64,000 bases of DNA from Azolla caroliniana (lineage: Eukaryota; Plantae; Polypodiophyta): the NCBI GenBank assembly GCA_043228905.1, contig JBHGNT010000010.1, positions 21,948,001-22,012,000 of the forward strand. Reading direction: 5' to 3'. A program made the position numbers and the translations under genes. The notes under the pieces were generated by a model. The model did not search any database. It was given only the letters and a program-made list of their open reading frames with translations, and was not told the DNA's origin. Each line of letters begins with the position of its first letter. Positions within the stretch are counted from its first letter, which is position 1. This document shows positions 61,161-64,000 of the stretch, piece after piece.

Positions 61161-61927
61161 AGGCGGGCCGGTTTTCTCCGTGCCAACTTATTTTGGCGCA
61201 TGCCGGTGGATGCGCGGTTAGGTGGGGGCGGATGTCGTGAAGAAAACCGCCCACAAGAGGAATCGGAGGAACAAGGCGTGGGAGACGGCTCTACGCACAC
61301 ACGCGCCCCAAGAAGTACCTAAGGACGAAGTAGGTACATACGAGGATCCTAGGTGGGTAGATTCGGTTGGTATGCAGTTAATGCCAAACGGCCTCTTGAC
61401 GGGCTATAAAAGGGAAGAGGAAGAATAGAAGTGGGTATCTCGCGCGGAGAGGACGAAGTGCTGCCGAACCGATTTCGGAGCTTCTCTCTCACTCCTGCTT
61501 TCTCTGTCTTCTGCTCCATCGCGTACCAGTGCAGGTTTCGAGGAGGCTTGCGCTGTTCCGTGGAACGCCCCGAGTGCGTCCTGCAGCACCTCCGACCTGT
61601 TTTCCCTTCCTGTGCGTCGCGACATACAGGGGTCGGCATCTGTTCGCCGCCCTGTTCGTTTTCGTTAGTATCTATTTCGTGCCCCACCGTGGGTTGTAAT
61701 ACTTTAGTCTGTTATTTTCTTGCATTCATAAGTACATATCTTTCGTTGTTGCGTCCATCCGCGTCGGCGTTTATTTGTGATCTCTGTTTGTTGGGCCGTA
61801 TCCCTGTGCAATCTTCGGTTCTGTGTAATCGGGTCTCTCTCTCTTACTTCTCTCTCTCTTGCTCTTCGGTTCAAGACCCCCGTGGCCCCTCCTCCTTTCT
61901 ACACGCAAGGGCGTAGTAACCCCGACA

Positions 61928-63392
61928 TCTGGAACGGTGTCATGAAGTTCAGCATGGGGAGCTTGATAGTGGCTCGGACTCGGAAGGTCAACACATTGTA
62001 CCTGATGAATGCCCGGTTATGCCCGGAAGAAGTGAACGTTGCTTTCGACACTACCGATGAGTTGTGGCACAAGAGACTGTGTCACATGAGCGAGAAGGGG
62101 ATGAAGAGGCTTGCCGATGAAAACCTTATTTCGGTGAAGAACGTGCACCTTGAGAAGTGCACTGACTAATTGGCCGGTAAGCAAAACCGAACCTCCTTTC
62201 GCTCAAGGCCACCTATGAGACGTAATGCACCACTGGAGCTGGTGCATACCGATGTGTGTCAAGTGGACACGAAGTCACATGCCGGATCGCAGTACTTCAT
62301 GACGTTCATAGATGACCACAACCGGAAGCTGTGGGCCACACCGTTGAAGACGAAAGATCAAGTGTTATCCGTCTTCAAGGAGCTCCATGTAAGAGTGTAA
62401 AGAGAAACCGGCCGAAAGCTGAAGGTGGTTCAAGTAGATAATGAAGGCGAATACCGGGGGTAGTTTGAGGAGTACTGCCACTCGAAGGGCATCCAACTCG
62501 AATTTACCGTGCCGAAGACGCTAGAACTAAACGGGCTGGCCGAGAGGATGAACTGGACCATAATGGAGAGGGTTCGGAGTATGCTAGCACATGCTAAGTT
62601 ACCCAAGAAGTTTTGGGTTGAGGCGTTGGGGACAACGACATACGTGATAAACAGATCACCCTTAGTGCCCTTGGATGGAGACACACCGCAGAGAGTGTGG
62701 ACCGGTAAGGAAGTTTCTTATCGGCATCTGAAGGTGTTCGAGTGTCTCGCTTACGTGCATGTTGTAAAGGACCGGAGAACAAAGTTGGATCCAAAGTCCC
62801 GGTGTCGTGAAGAATTTCAGCCAGAGGCGAAAACCGGGAAACATTGGCTACATCGGCGGGGTGCAACATGTGTACGCACCCATGTACATTTAGTGTGAAT
62901 ATCGAGGGTGCCTTTATGGCGCTGAAGAGTAGTCAAGTCGGGACAGACGATCCCATGAAAGTCGGGATTTTGTCCCACATTGTAACGCATCCCTCTCCTT
63001 GTTCTATAAAAGGAAGGGAACGCCCTTTGTGGAGGGGTTGCCCATTTTGCGATAGAGGGTATACCGTTAGGTTTAGAGTTAGGTTCTTCTTCTTCTCATT
63101 CTTCATGTTTCGCTTAGGGTTTGCTTTGGTTCGGCCTCCTGTGCAAGACCCCGCTCGACGCGACGAGCTGAGAGCTCCCCGACGGCGGCTTGGCAGCAGA
63201 CGACTACTGTAACCTACCTCAGTCCGGCTCGAAGCCAGGAATGTATTCCTTCTGTTTATACATATATATATATTTGCGTCTGTCTGTGTATATTCGCGTC
63301 TATGTTCGTGTCGGGTGTTTCCCCTTTCCTGCATTTCCTGTACATGAGGGCGCGAGGCGGGTCAACATGTGTGTGTGTGCGTGAGTCGGTGT

Positions 63393-63441
<49 letters not shown>

Positions 63442-63760
63442 CTCGGTTGCTTCCGGTGTGCTTCTGAGATGTCCCCGGGAACGGTGAAGCCCGACTTCCT
63501 ACGCTCCAACACTCCTTAGTCCAAGACCCCCGTGGTCCCGCCCTTCTACATGCACGCGCGTAATAATGCGACATCGGCCTTGCATATTCCTCAGATACGA
63601 CAAGACCCTTGTCGATTGGGAGTCGGAGAAGAAGATAATGAACTCCGAGTTGACCGGTAAGGATCGGTTTGATGAGATTCAGACCTACCCGACTAAGAGC
63701 CGGTTGAGAGTCGAGGAACCGGCCGGTTACTGTGAGGATACCTGTCGAGCGCCAAGCTCA
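61928..63760 (+). mobile_element. Fragment of Tork-like Copia C (GAG-pre-integrase and integrase)
   Basis: ELWHKRLCHMSEKG, LELVHTDVC, NGLAERMNWT, KLDPKS|RPCIFL; homologous to Copia B. Confidence 0.88.
62803..63573 (+). mobile_element. Solo Gypsy LTR (Phygy-like) inserted in Copia C
   Basis: TGTCGTGAAG...GCGACA termini, TATA box at ~63006, and a 4-bp TSD CCGG/TCGG; removing it restores the Copia frame KSRPCIF. Confidence 0.9.
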
Positions 63761-64000
63761 ACCGGATCCGGATCGGCTGAATAAGCCTGGGCTGGATCGG
63801 CATCCAGAAGGATTAGCCGGTGAGCTAGATCGGACAACAACCGGAAGCCTAGTAGTAGCCTAGACTACTAGGTAGTTAATAGTCTCGTAGTTAGTGTCAA
63901 ACGCTCGAGTGAGCATTGAAGTACGTGGTGCTTCTGTCAATCCTCTTAGGACTTGTATAAATAGTGCTATTGAGCACGATGTATGTAAAGAGTTTTCAAG

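Larger units (their letters stand above)
54808..61927 (+). mobile_element. Coding-intact, GC-rich non-chromovirus Gypsy element C (Phygy/Selgy-like)
   Basis: 695-bp LTRs at 54808-55502 and 61233-61927 (two substitutions seen), TGTCG...CGACA termini, tRNA-Trp PBS 55506-55523, a G-rich PPT, and two uninterrupted ORFs. Confidence 0.97.

Noticed and set aside
55701-61300. Many overlapping and antisense ORFs in element C (e.g. 58493-59428, 57611-58387)
   Set aside because: Expected from high GC and stop-codon scarcity; not conserved in element B.

Overview
Land-plant nuclear DNA, most likely a non-seed plant such as a fern. This is an inference from the combination of a Tcn1-type chromovirus, Phygy/Selgy-like Gypsy elements, a Bryco-like Copia and an intron-rich NAPE-PLD gene. 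The window has three zones. (1) 1-17.7 kb is a stack of decayed transposons nested at least five, probably six, levels deep: Copia > hAT MITE > small tRNA-Ala-primed Gypsy > self-priming Tcn1 chromovirus > two opposed Gypsy LTRs. (2) About 19-42 kb is a gene island with a type-I pectin methylesterase (2 exons, minus), a 12-exon animal/fungal-type NAPE-phospholipase D (plus; largely invisible in the ORF track) and an intronless DUF1644 zinc-finger gene carrying a long D-E-R-H peptide repeat (minus). (3) 42.7-64 kb holds Tork-like Copia elements invaded by tRNA-Trp-primed Gypsy elements, one AT-rich and one GC-rich and intact, with a 100-N scaffold gap between them. The most notable signals are a conserved GGATTTT-TAG slippery site plus H-type pseudoknot linking gag-pro to pol in both Gypsy elements, antisense tRNA-like (Pol III A/B-box) modules embedded in four LTR types, 4-bp CpG-centred target sites, and the NAPE-PLD gene.
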